Part shown: positions 37,500 to 46,080 of the stretch, one piece after another
Position numbering within the stretch: the first letter of the stretch is position 1
How the letters are laid out: each line of letters begins with the position of its first letter
Assembly (NCBI GenBank): GCA_046290465.1
Contig: JBKAGP010000001.1
Span: forward strand, 6,016,001 to 6,080,000
Direction of reading: 5' to 3'
DNA: 64,000 bases
From: Planctomycetota bacterium
GTDB lineage: Bacteria > Planctomycetota > UBA1135 > UBA2386
Notes under the pieces: generated by a model
Seen by the model: the letters and a program-made list of their open reading frames with translations, nothing else
What the model was told of the DNA's origin: nothing
Database searches by the model: none
Program-made: the position numbers and the translations under genes

Positions 37500-39668
37500 A
37501 TGCTCCGGGTCCTCGCGGCAGTCGTCGTCACCCTCGTCACCGTCCCCTCCAACCCCGCGCAGCAGGCGCCCGACCGGCAGACGCCCGACCGGCAGACCCC
37601 CGACCGGCAGACCCCCGACTGGCAGCCGCTGGTCGAACGGCTGCGGACCGTCGAGGCGGTGCCGCCGTTCGGCAACGACGTGCCGATGGACGTGCGCGCG
37701 TGGTCGACGGCGGTCGTCGAGGGCGTGTCGGCCGAGGATCGCGCGCGGCTGTTCGCCGAGGGGCTGCGGCGCGACGACGTCGGTCGCGCGGTCGCCGTCG
37801 TCACGCTGCTCGCCGCGGCCCAGCGCGAGGCGGCGACCGCGGCGCAGGTCTATCGCGAGCTGATCGCCTGCCACGTGCTCGAGAACGTCGCGCGCTCGGC
37901 CGAGGTCAGCGGCAACGTCACCGCGTCGCGCACTCCCGAATGGCTCAAGAAGGTGCGGCCCAAGGCGCGCGCCCGCGGCCTGACGCTGCTGGCCAGGATG
38001 CTGCGCGAGTTCCCCGGCGATTTGCACACTGCGCGCGCGATCGCGCAGGGGGCGCTGGGCCTGGTCGACGAACCGAAGGTCGCGCTCGACGTCGAGGCGG
38101 CGGCGCGGCAAGCCGCGCTGCAGCAGCTCGGCGACGACGCGCGCGCCGAGGACTACACGGCGCTGTTCGGCCTGCAGCTGAAACGGCGCGACCTGGACGG
38201 CGCGCGCGCGGCGCTGGCCCGTGCCCGCAAGGCGCGGCCGCCGTTCGATCTGGCGCGGCGCGAACGCTTGCTCGAATCGTTCGAGCTGGCCGAAGTGACG
38301 CTCGCGCGCGTCGCGGCGCTGGAGCGGCGGCTGGCCGCCGGCGACGACGCGCCGCTGGTGCGGCTGCAGCTGGCCTGCGCGATCGCCGCCGACGACGTCG
38401 AGCAGCGCTGCCGGGCGCTGGTCGCCGATGGCTTCGAGCACGCGCTGCCGGACACCGTGCTGGCGCTGCGCGCGCTGGCGGCGGGGCGGCGCGACGACGC
38501 GGTCGCGCACACCGAGCGCGCCCGTTCGCTGCCGGGCGGGGACGAGGGCGTCGCGGTGCTGGTCGCGATGCTGCAGTGGCCGCAGCTGCAGCAGAAGCTG
38601 CTGCAGGCACCCGGCGACGATGCGACCGCGCTCGAGGTCGAGAAGCTGCTGGCCGAGATGGACGAACTGCTCGGGGAAGGCGACAGCGCCGCGGTCGCGA
38701 TGTTGCGCGGACTGCGCGATGCCGGCTGGCCGCAGGTGCCGCAGCAGCAGGTCACGCGGCACCTCGCCGAGGTCTACGGCGGCCAGCAGCGGGCGCCGAC
38801 GTCCGCGGCCGAGTACTCGCTGGCGATGGCCGGGGTGCTGGCTGGGCTGGTCGAGGCCGGCGGCGACGTCGCGCCGGCGCTGCGCTTCCTGCAGGTGCCA
38901 GTGGCGGAACCGCTGGCGCAGCGGCCGCTGCTGATGCGCCAGCGCTCCGCGTGCGCGACCACGGTCGCGGTCTGGGCCGACATGCACGACGCGTCGGCGC
39001 AGGTGCTGGCCGAGGCGCGACGGCTTTCCAAGGCCGCGCGGGACCGCAGCCGCGGTCTCGACGACGGTGCATTCGCCGGCTACCTCGACGCGGTCGAGGC
39101 CTGGGTCGCCGCCGACGGCGAAGCAGCACAGCGCGCCGTGCTGGCGTCGTTGCGGTTGCTCGATGGCTCACCGGTCCAGTCCGGCGCGTGGCTGCCCGGT
39201 TCTGCGCCGATGGTGCTCGGCAGCGCGCTCGACGGCAGCTTCGATCGCGACGCGTTCGTCGCCCTGCGCGTCGTCACCGGCCAGGCGCGCAAGCCGGTCT
39301 CGCTGATCCCGCTGGCGGTCGCCGGCATGGTGCGCGAACCCGAGGCGTCGCGGCAGATGACGGAGTACCTGCGGTCGGCGGTGACCGACGGCCGCGGCCG
39401 CAACGTGCTCGCGGTCGCCGAGATCGAAGGCGGCGCGGCGCCCGCGGTGGCCGCTGCGCGCGCCCGGCAGGTGCTGGCCAGTGACGACTGGAGCGACGAC
39501 GAGGCGCGCGAACTGCAGCACGGGGTCTGGCTGCGGTTCCGCCTCGACTGGGGCCTCAACTACAACAGCCGCGGCCCGCAGCTCGACGTGGCCTTGACCT
39601 GCGAGCCGGTGCTGCTGCCGAAGTTGCCGTCGGCGACGAAGCTCGACCGCTACGTGCGGCGCCGCTGA
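37500..39668 (+). CDS. Large secreted alpha-helical hypothetical protein
   Basis: Signal peptide; Ala/Leu-rich, helical-repeat-like; good codon bias. Confidence 0.65.
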   Translation: MLRVLAAVVVTLVTVPSNPAQQAPDRQTPDRQTPDRQTPDWQPLVERLRTVEAVPPFGNDVPMDVRAWSTAVVEGVSAEDRARLFAEGLRRDDVGRAVAVVTLLAAAQREAATAAQVYRELIACHVLENVARSAEVSGNVTASRTPEWLKKVRPKARARGLTLLARMLREFPGDLHTARAIAQGALGLVDEPKVALDVEAAARQAALQQLGDDARAEDYTALFGLQLKRRDLDGARAALARARKARPPFDLARRERLLESFELAEVTLARVAALERRLAAGDDAPLVRLQLACAIAADDVEQRCRALVADGFEHALPDTVLALRALAAGRRDDAVAHTERARSLPGGDEGVAVLVAMLQWPQLQQKLLQAPGDDATALEVEKLLAEMDELLGEGDSAAVAMLRGLRDAGWPQVPQQQVTRHLAEVYGGQQRAPTSAAEYSLAMAGVLAGLVEAGGDVAPALRFLQVPVAEPLAQRPLLMRQRSACATTVAVWADMHDASAQVLAEARRLSKAARDRSRGLDDGAFAGYLDAVEAWVAADGEAAQRAVLASLRLLDGSPVQSGAWLPGSAPMVLGSALDGSFDRDAFVALRVVTGQARKPVSLIPLAVAGMVREPEASRQMTEYLRSAVTDGRGRNVLAVAEIEGGAAPAVAAARARQVLASDDWSDDEARELQHGVWLRFRLDWGLNYNSRGPQLDVALTCEPVLLPKLPSATKLDRYVRRR
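37566..37625 (+). repeat. 15-bp tandem repeat x4 encoding (A/T)PD(R/W)Q
   Basis: GCGCCCGACCGGCAG ACGCCCGACCGGCAG ACCCCCGACCGGCAG ACCCCCGACTGGCAG. Confidence 0.85.
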
Positions 39669-39671
39669 TCG

Positions 39672-40484
39672 CTACGCCCAGAAGTCGCCGACCACTGCGC
39701 TCCAGGCCGCGGCGTCCTCGAGCGGCGACATGTGGCCGGTGCCGGCGATCACCTCGAGGCGCGCGCCGGGGATCTGCGGCGCCCACCGCTCGGCCTCCTC
39801 GAGCGGCGTGATCGCGTCCTGGTCGCCTGTGACCACCAGCGTCGGGATCGAGAAGCCGGGCAGTTCGTTGCTGCGGTCGTCGCGCTGCTGCAGGCCGCGC
39901 TGGTCGGCGACGATGGTCTCGGCGGGCAGGCCTTCGATCATCGTGCGCAGCTGCGCCTGGTGCAGCGGGTCGGCGCCGGGCGCGAGCAGCTTCGGCAGCA
40001 TGCCGTCGGCGATCGCGCTGCGCCCCTTCGTCGCGACCGTCGCGATCGCGGCGTCGCGGCCGGCGCGCTGCGCGTCGCTGTCGGCGGCGGCCCGGGTGTT
40101 GCTCAGCACCAGCGAACGCACCAGCTCGCGGTGCTGCCGGTGCAGCGCGAACGCCACGTAGCCGCCCATGCTGAGGCCGCACACGTCGGCCGGCTCGTCG
40201 CCGAGCGAACGGATCACGTGCGCGACGTCGTCGGCCAGGCGTTGCATCGTGTGCACCGGATCGCCGCGCCACGGCGACTGGCCGTGGCCGCGCAGGTCGA
40301 CCGCGCACAGCGTGCGGCGGCGGCTGAGCTCGCCGTGCATCACCTCGAGCCACATCCGGTGGTCGAGCGGGAAGCCGTGGATCAGCACCGCCAGCGGGCC
40401 GTGGCCGCGCAGGTGCACGGCGATGCGTGCCGGGCGCTGGCCCTCGGGTGCGGTGGCGATGTCGACGATGCGGGTCTCGATCAT
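39672..40484 (-). CDS. Alpha/beta-fold hydrolase (PcaD-like)
   Basis: LIHGFPLD; DLRGHGQS; GLSMGG; GDQDAITP; GHMSPLE. Confidence 0.9.
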   Translation of the reverse strand: MIETRIVDIATAPEGQRPARIAVHLRGHGPLAVLIHGFPLDHRMWLEVMHGELSRRRTLCAVDLRGHGQSPWRGDPVHTMQRLADDVAHVIRSLGDEPADVCGLSMGGYVAFALHRQHRELVRSLVLSNTRAAADSDAQRAGRDAAIATVATKGRSAIADGMLPKLLAPGADPLHQAQLRTMIEGLPAETIVADQRGLQQRDDRSNELPGFSIPTLVVTGDQDAITPLEEAERWAPQIPGARLEVIAGTGHMSPLEDAAAWSAVVGDFWA

Positions 40485-41764
40485 GCGTGCTTGCGGCGCA
40501 GCCGGGCCACGCACTCGACGTGGTAGGTCTGCGGGAACATGTCGACGGCCTCGACCGACAGCAGTTCGTAGCCGCCGTCGACGAACGACCGCAGGTCGCG
40601 CGCCAGCGTCTGCGGGTCGCACGAGACGTAGTGGATGCGTTCGGCGCCGAGCTCGAGCAGCATCGGGATCGCCGGCTTGGCGCCGAGCCGCGGCGGGTCC
40701 ATCAGCACCAGCTCCGGCTTCTCCTTGTTGGCCGCGAGGAACTGCTCGGTCGTCTTGCGCAGGTAGTGCACGTTGTTGCAGCGGTTCATCTTGGCGTTGA
40801 CGCGGCCGAGCGTCGCGGCGCGCCGCTCGTCCTCGACCGACACCACGCGCTCGAACCGCTGGCTCAGCGGCATCGAGAACAGCCCGACGCCGGCGTAGAG
40901 GTCGAACGCCAGGCCGCCCCGTTCGTCGCCGATGCCGCACTCGACCAGCTTGTGCACCAGGTGGCGATTGCCCTGGAAGAAGCTGTCCGGCTCGATCAGG
41001 TAGCGGAAGCCGAGCACCTCGTGCTCGACCAGGTCCTTGCGCATGCCGGGCATGTCGGGCGACCACGACGCGCCGTCGACGCCGCACGAGCCTTCGACCT
41101 GGTACGGCCACTCCTTGCGCGGCAGGCCGGTCAGCGCCTGGCGCACCTTGCCGACGCCGTGCCACAGGTCGGGCGCCAGCACCGGACACTCCTCGAGGTC
41201 GAGCACCGAGTGCGAATGCGCGCGGTGGAAGCCGATCACCGGCACCTTCGGCGTCGGCGCCCCGTCGTCCGGCTGCGGTTGCCGTTCGTGGCGACGCAGC
41301 CGGCCCTCGCTGCCGTCGGGGCGGCGGCCCGAGGTCGCCTTGAGCTTGAGCTGCGTGCGCGAACGGTACGACCACGGCTCGGCGTGGTGCACCGTGACCT
41401 CCTCCGGCCAGTCGAAGCGGCCGATGCGCGTCAGCGCGTCGCGCACGAACTCCTGCTTGGCGCGCACCTGCGCCTCGTAGGAGACGTGCTGGTAGTTGCA
41501 GCCGCCGCATTCGCCGAAGTGGCGGCACTTCGGCTCGACGCGGTCGGGCCCGGGCTCGACGATCTCGACCAGCTTCGCGCGCAGGAACGACTTCTGCACC
41601 TCGGTGACCTCGACGCGCACCAGCTCGTCCGGGGCCGCGAACGGCACGAACACCGCCATGCCCTGGTGGCGCGCGATGGTCGCGCCGCCGAACGCCAGAC
41701 GCTCGGTGCGCAGTTCGAGGATGGTGCCGGGCTCCGGCGCGGTGTCGGTCGTCGGGTCGCTCAT
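40481..41764 (-). CDS. rlmD: TrmA/RlmD-family RNA (uracil-C5)-methyltransferase with TRAM domain
   Basis: TRAM domain; C.HFGECGGC..QH Fe-S motif; SFFQGN; DLYAGVGLF; DPPRLG; YVSCDPQTLARD; DMFPQTYHVE. Confidence 0.9.
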   Translation of the reverse strand: MSDPTTDTAPEPGTILELRTERLAFGGATIARHQGMAVFVPFAAPDELVRVEVTEVQKSFLRAKLVEIVEPGPDRVEPKCRHFGECGGCNYQHVSYEAQVRAKQEFVRDALTRIGRFDWPEEVTVHHAEPWSYRSRTQLKLKATSGRRPDGSEGRLRRHERQPQPDDGAPTPKVPVIGFHRAHSHSVLDLEECPVLAPDLWHGVGKVRQALTGLPRKEWPYQVEGSCGVDGASWSPDMPGMRKDLVEHEVLGFRYLIEPDSFFQGNRHLVHKLVECGIGDERGGLAFDLYAGVGLFSMPLSQRFERVVSVEDERRAATLGRVNAKMNRCNNVHYLRKTTEQFLAANKEKPELVLMDPPRLGAKPAIPMLLELGAERIHYVSCDPQTLARDLRSFVDGGYELLSVEAVDMFPQTYHVECVARLRRKHA

Positions 41765-41849
41765 CGTGGGGGCGACCAGGGTAGCGCCGGTGGGCGTGGA
41801 AGCGAGTTCGCGGTCGCGCGGGGCGGATCGGGCCCCGATCGGGTACATC

Positions 41850-43106
41850 ATGTCGATGCCCGCGACCCTCGTCCTGCTCGTGTCGGTCCTGTTCGCCTGC
41901 CTCGCCGCGCCCGCTGGTTCGGCGCAGCGGCCGCCGAACGTCGTGATGATCATCTCCGACGATCAGGCGTGGACCGACTTCGGCTTCATGGGCCATGCGG
42001 AGATCGAGACGCCACACCTCGACGCGCTGGCGCAGCGCAGCATCGTGTTCGCCAACGGCTACGTGCCGTCGAGCCTGTGCCGGCCGAGCCTCGCGACGAT
42101 GATCACCGGGCTGTATCCGCACGAGCACGGCATCACCGGCAACGACCCGCCCAAGGGCACCGAGCGCGACCGCATGCTGCGCCACATCGAGGCGGCAAAG
42201 ACGCTGCCGAAGCTGCTTGCGCCGCTCGGCTACCGCAGCCTGCAGACCGGCAAGTGGTGGGAGGGCAACTGTCGCTGCGGCGGCTTCACCGACGGCATGA
42301 CCCACGGCGAGCGCGGGCGTGGCGGCCGCCACGGAGACGAAGGGCTGAAGATCGGGCGCCAGACGATGCAGCCGATCTACGACTTCGTCGACGCGTGCGG
42401 CGACGAGCCGTTCTTCCTGTGGTATGCGCCGTTCTTGCCGCACACGCCGCACAACCCGCCCGAACGGCTGCTGAAGAAGTACCGTCGGGACGGCAAGAGC
42501 GTGCACGTCGCGAAGTACCAGGCGATGTGCGAGTGGTTCGACGAGACCTGCGGCCAGCTGCTCGACCACCTGCGCGAGAAGGGGCTCGAGGACGACACCC
42601 TGGTGGTGTTCGTCACCGACAACGGCTGGATCCAGCGGCCGAACGCACGCGGCTACGCCAAGCGGTCCAAGCGCTCGCCGTACGAGGGCGGCGTGCGCAC
42701 GCCGATCCTGCTGTCGTGGCCCGGCAGGCTCGCGCCGGGAGCGCGCGACGACCTGGCCAGCTCGGTCGACCTCGCGCCGACCATCCTGCGCGCGTGCGGC
42801 GCCGACGTGCCCGCGGCGATGAGCGGTCGCGACCTGCGCGACCCGAAGACCGCGCGCGGCGCGGTCTACGGCGAGACGTTCTCGCACGATGTCGCCGACC
42901 TCGACCGACCGACCAAGGGCCTGCAGTACCGCTGGATGATCCGCGACGGCTGGAAGCTGATCGCGCCGCACCGGGACGGCGCATCCGCCGAGCTCTACCA
43001 CCTGGCGAACGATCCGCACGAGCGGGCCGACCTGGCGCAGCAGCACCCCGAGCGCGTCGCCGAACTGCAGCGGGCGCTCGACCAGTGGTGGCAGCTGCCA
43101 AAGTAG
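41850..43106 (+). CDS. Secreted S1 sulfatase-like hydrolase
   Basis: PNVVMIISDD; ETPHLD; SLCRPSLATMITG; TGKW; PHTPH; TDNG; YEGGVRTP. Confidence 0.9.
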   Translation: MSMPATLVLLVSVLFACLAAPAGSAQRPPNVVMIISDDQAWTDFGFMGHAEIETPHLDALAQRSIVFANGYVPSSLCRPSLATMITGLYPHEHGITGNDPPKGTERDRMLRHIEAAKTLPKLLAPLGYRSLQTGKWWEGNCRCGGFTDGMTHGERGRGGRHGDEGLKIGRQTMQPIYDFVDACGDEPFFLWYAPFLPHTPHNPPERLLKKYRRDGKSVHVAKYQAMCEWFDETCGQLLDHLREKGLEDDTLVVFVTDNGWIQRPNARGYAKRSKRSPYEGGVRTPILLSWPGRLAPGARDDLASSVDLAPTILRACGADVPAAMSGRDLRDPKTARGAVYGETFSHDVADLDRPTKGLQYRWMIRDGWKLIAPHRDGASAELYHLANDPHERADLAQQHPERVAELQRALDQWWQLPK

Positions 43107-43115
43107 CGGTACGGT

Positions 43116-43179
43116 ACCTGGTTCATCCTCCAACTTCCGCGAGCGCTCGCGCTCGCGGAAGTTGGAGGATGAACCAGGT
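43116..43179. repeat. Perfect 30-bp inverted repeat with a 4-nt loop
   Basis: ACCTGGTTCATCCTCCAACTTCCGCGAGCG (43116-43145), CTCG, then the exact reverse complement (43150-43179), between convergent genes. Confidence 0.95.
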
Positions 43180-43186
43180 CGCACCG

Positions 43187-44923
43187 CTACTTTGGGGTGA
43201 GGATGCGGACTTGGGGGCCGTTGGCGATGGCGATGTGGGTGCGGTCGGGGCTGGCGGCGAGGCAGTGGGCGGTGTGCAGGTCGCGGGGAACGGGCCAGGT
43301 CGCCTCGGTCTGGCGGCGGTGGGGGTCGCAAAGCTGCAGGGTGCCGGCGGCGCGTCGGCCCGCCTGGTCGGCCTCGCCGGCGACGGCGACCAGCAGCAGG
43401 CCGTCGCGCCAGGGCACGGCGTCGAGCCAGTCGGCCCGGAAGCTGCCGAGTTCGGTCAGGTCGGTGGTCCGGTAGCCCTTGACCAGGCCGTGGCCGCCGA
43501 GCCAGATCGCCTGCTCGCGCTCGTCGGCGGCGAACCACGCCGGGATCAGGTCGCAGGGTTCGCGAACACGCTTGCGGCCGTCCTTGCCGAGCGCGGTCAG
43601 CCACGCGTCGTAGCCGCCGCTGGCGAGGTCGCGCGAGCCGGTCACCAGCAGCAGTTCGCCGCGGCGCGGCAGGGGCAGCAGGCCGATGACGTCGGCGTGG
43701 CGGCCGTCGGCAACGGCTTCGAACGTGCTGCCGTTCCATCTGGACAGGCCGATGCCGTCCCCGAGCACGCGCCACGGCCGGCCGTCGAAGCTCACGACCG
43801 GGGCCGGCCTCCACAGCCCCCAACCATGCACGGCGAGGTTCCAGGCCGAGTAGTCGGTCTGCGGCGCGTCGACGACGACCGACGTCGCGGGGTCGGTCGC
43901 GACGACGTCGCCGACGACCCGGCGCGAGCCGGCGTGGTAGCGCCACGCGCGGCCGCGCTGCAGCAGCCAGAACTCGCTCGAGATGCTGCCGGCGCAGACG
44001 ATCGACGAGCCCGGCTGGTCGTGCACGACCGCGCCGGTGCGGTCGACGATGCGCACGCCGCCGGTGGTGCCGATCGCGAGGAACCGGCCGTCGGGGGAGA
44101 ACACCAGCCGCCGCACGGTGCCGGCGTGGGCGGAGCGCACGGTCGGCTGCCGGTCGCCGTCGGCGACGAAGTGCAGCTGGCCCTGGTGGTCCGCGACCAG
44201 CACGGTGCCGTCGTTGCTCACCGCCGCGCGCGCGATCCACGTCTCGGCACACGTGAACGTGTAGCTGCGCTGTTTCGACCGGATCTCGGGCTGGGACAGC
44301 TGGTGGAACTCGAACCGTTGGCGGCCGTCCGCAGAACGGGCCTCCCGGTCGCGCGATGTCCAACCGGGATCATCGCTGGTCAGCGCCCCACGCTCGTCGA
44401 ACCGCACGCCGATCCGGTCGCCCGGCACCCGCTCGACCGTCGCGGTCGGTTCGCGGCGCAAATCGTCGGGATCCAGGTCGTCCGGATCGAGATCGTAGAT
44501 CCAGGCCCGGTGGCCGAGGCGCACGGCGAAGCGGCCGCCGCCATCGTCGAGGCACATCGTACGCAGTTCGCGCTCGAACCACGGCGTCGCCGCGCCGGTG
44601 CGGAGGTCGACGACGTGCACCGCGGTCGGATCCCCGCTGCCACCCTCGGTCCAGCCGACCACGGCCAGCGGTTCGCTCGGGTGCAGCACGGCCTGGGCGA
44701 ACGGGCGGCGCGCGGCCACGTAGCTGACGGCCTCGCGTGTCGCGAGGTCCCACCAGACGAGGTCGCCGTGTTCGCCCGTGGTCAGCGCGTGCCGCTGGTC
44801 CTTCGAGATCACGATGCTCTGGACGTCGCCGCCGAGCGCCAGGGCGCGACCGACCTCGACCGGGGCCTGCGCGGTGACCAGGCTGCCGAGCAGCGCCGTG
44901 CATGCTGCGATTGCGTTGTCCAT
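43187..44923 (-). CDS. WD40-like beta-propeller protein
   Basis: TTGEHGDLVWWDL; AHAGTVRRLVFSPDGRFLA; LAASPDRTHIA; signal-like N-terminus. Confidence 0.75.
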   Translation of the reverse strand: MDNAIAACTALLGSLVTAQAPVEVGRALALGGDVQSIVISKDQRHALTTGEHGDLVWWDLATREAVSYVAARRPFAQAVLHPSEPLAVVGWTEGGSGDPTAVHVVDLRTGAATPWFERELRTMCLDDGGGRFAVRLGHRAWIYDLDPDDLDPDDLRREPTATVERVPGDRIGVRFDERGALTSDDPGWTSRDREARSADGRQRFEFHQLSQPEIRSKQRSYTFTCAETWIARAAVSNDGTVLVADHQGQLHFVADGDRQPTVRSAHAGTVRRLVFSPDGRFLAIGTTGGVRIVDRTGAVVHDQPGSSIVCAGSISSEFWLLQRGRAWRYHAGSRRVVGDVVATDPATSVVVDAPQTDYSAWNLAVHGWGLWRPAPVVSFDGRPWRVLGDGIGLSRWNGSTFEAVADGRHADVIGLLPLPRRGELLLVTGSRDLASGGYDAWLTALGKDGRKRVREPCDLIPAWFAADEREQAIWLGGHGLVKGYRTTDLTELGSFRADWLDAVPWRDGLLLVAVAGEADQAGRRAAGTLQLCDPHRRQTEATWPVPRDLHTAHCLAASPDRTHIAIANGPQVRILTPK

Positions 44924-44955
44924 GCCGGTCCTGCTAGCGCTGGCAACGGGTCCGG

Positions 44956-45870
44956 TCACGCTTCGTTGCTCCGCTTCGCGCTGGTCTGCAGCCACAGCCC
45001 GCACGCCACCAACCCCAGCGCCACGAAGAACCGATGCCCCGGCGCCGGCGCGCCCATCAGGTAGTTGACGCTCGCCGCGACGATCGGCTGGAGGTTGATG
45101 TAGAGCGCGACGTTCGAGCTGTTGGTATGCCGCAGCGCCCAGGTGTTGAGCACGTAGGTCAGCACGGTCGCGCCGAGGATCGTGTACATCGCGAACCACA
45201 GCACCGGCGGCGTGAACGTCGTCGCCACGTGCGCCGATTCGACCGACGGACCGCTCCACAACGAGATCATCAGCAGGCCCTGCACGAACAGGATCGCGAC
45301 CGTCGTCCACGGGTCGAGGTTGCGGCCGATGCGGCGCATCATCACCAGGTGCACGGCGAACGCGAAGCCGTTGGCCGCGGTCAGCAGGTCGCCGACCAGG
45401 GTCTCGCTGCCGAAACCCTCGCCGTCGCCGCGCAGCATCCGGTCGAAGCCGAGCAGGTAGAGCACCCCGCACAGCGCGAACACCACCGCCAGCACGCGCC
45501 GGCCCTGCAGCCGTTCCTGGCCGATCGCGACCGCGACCAGCAGCGTCCAGGTCGGGATCGCCGACGTGACCACCGCGGAGTGCTCGGGCGTGGTGCGCGA
45601 GAGCCCTTCGGTGAACAGCACCTGGTTGAGCGTCACGCCGAGGAACGAGGCCACCAGCAGCGCCAGCATCGTGCGCAGGCCGGGCAGGCCGCGCTGGCGC
45701 CGCAGCCACAGCGCCATTGGTACCAGGATGCAGGTCGCCGCGGTGATCCGGAAGATCACCCACGAATCGGCCGGCACCGCGTCGAGCACGCGCTTGGTGA
45801 ACACGAAATGGCAGCCGAACAGCACGGAGACCGTGATCAGCGCCAGGTGGACTCGGATCGGGGACGGCAC
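44956..45870 (-). CDS. DMT/EamA-family transporter
   Basis: About 10 TM helices in two repeats; GLSRTT; GDLL; NTWALR; YINLQPIVA. Start approximate. Confidence 0.88.
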   Translation of the reverse strand: MPSPIRVHLALITVSVLFGCHFVFTKRVLDAVPADSWVIFRITAATCILVPMALWLRRQRGLPGLRTMLALLVASFLGVTLNQVLFTEGLSRTTPEHSAVVTSAIPTWTLLVAVAIGQERLQGRRVLAVVFALCGVLYLLGFDRMLRGDGEGFGSETLVGDLLTAANGFAFAVHLVMMRRIGRNLDPWTTVAILFVQGLLMISLWSGPSVESAHVATTFTPPVLWFAMYTILGATVLTYVLNTWALRHTNSSNVALYINLQPIVAASVNYLMGAPAPGHRFFVALGLVACGLWLQTSAKRSNEA

Positions 45871-46080
45871 GATGGGGGCGAGCACTGTGCGGGCGCGCCG
45901 CGCCGATGCAAGGGGCGCCCGGTGCGGAGCCGGGGCGCCCGATGCCACCGCCGGTTGTGGCCGTTTGCCGGGCAAACGGCGGCAGTTGCAGAGTCGCGGG
46001 CCGTCTGACGCTATGATCCCGCGCACGTCCGAGGCCGCAGAACGACCCCCTCTGCAGCCGATCTCCCTCGGTCCTGCCCC

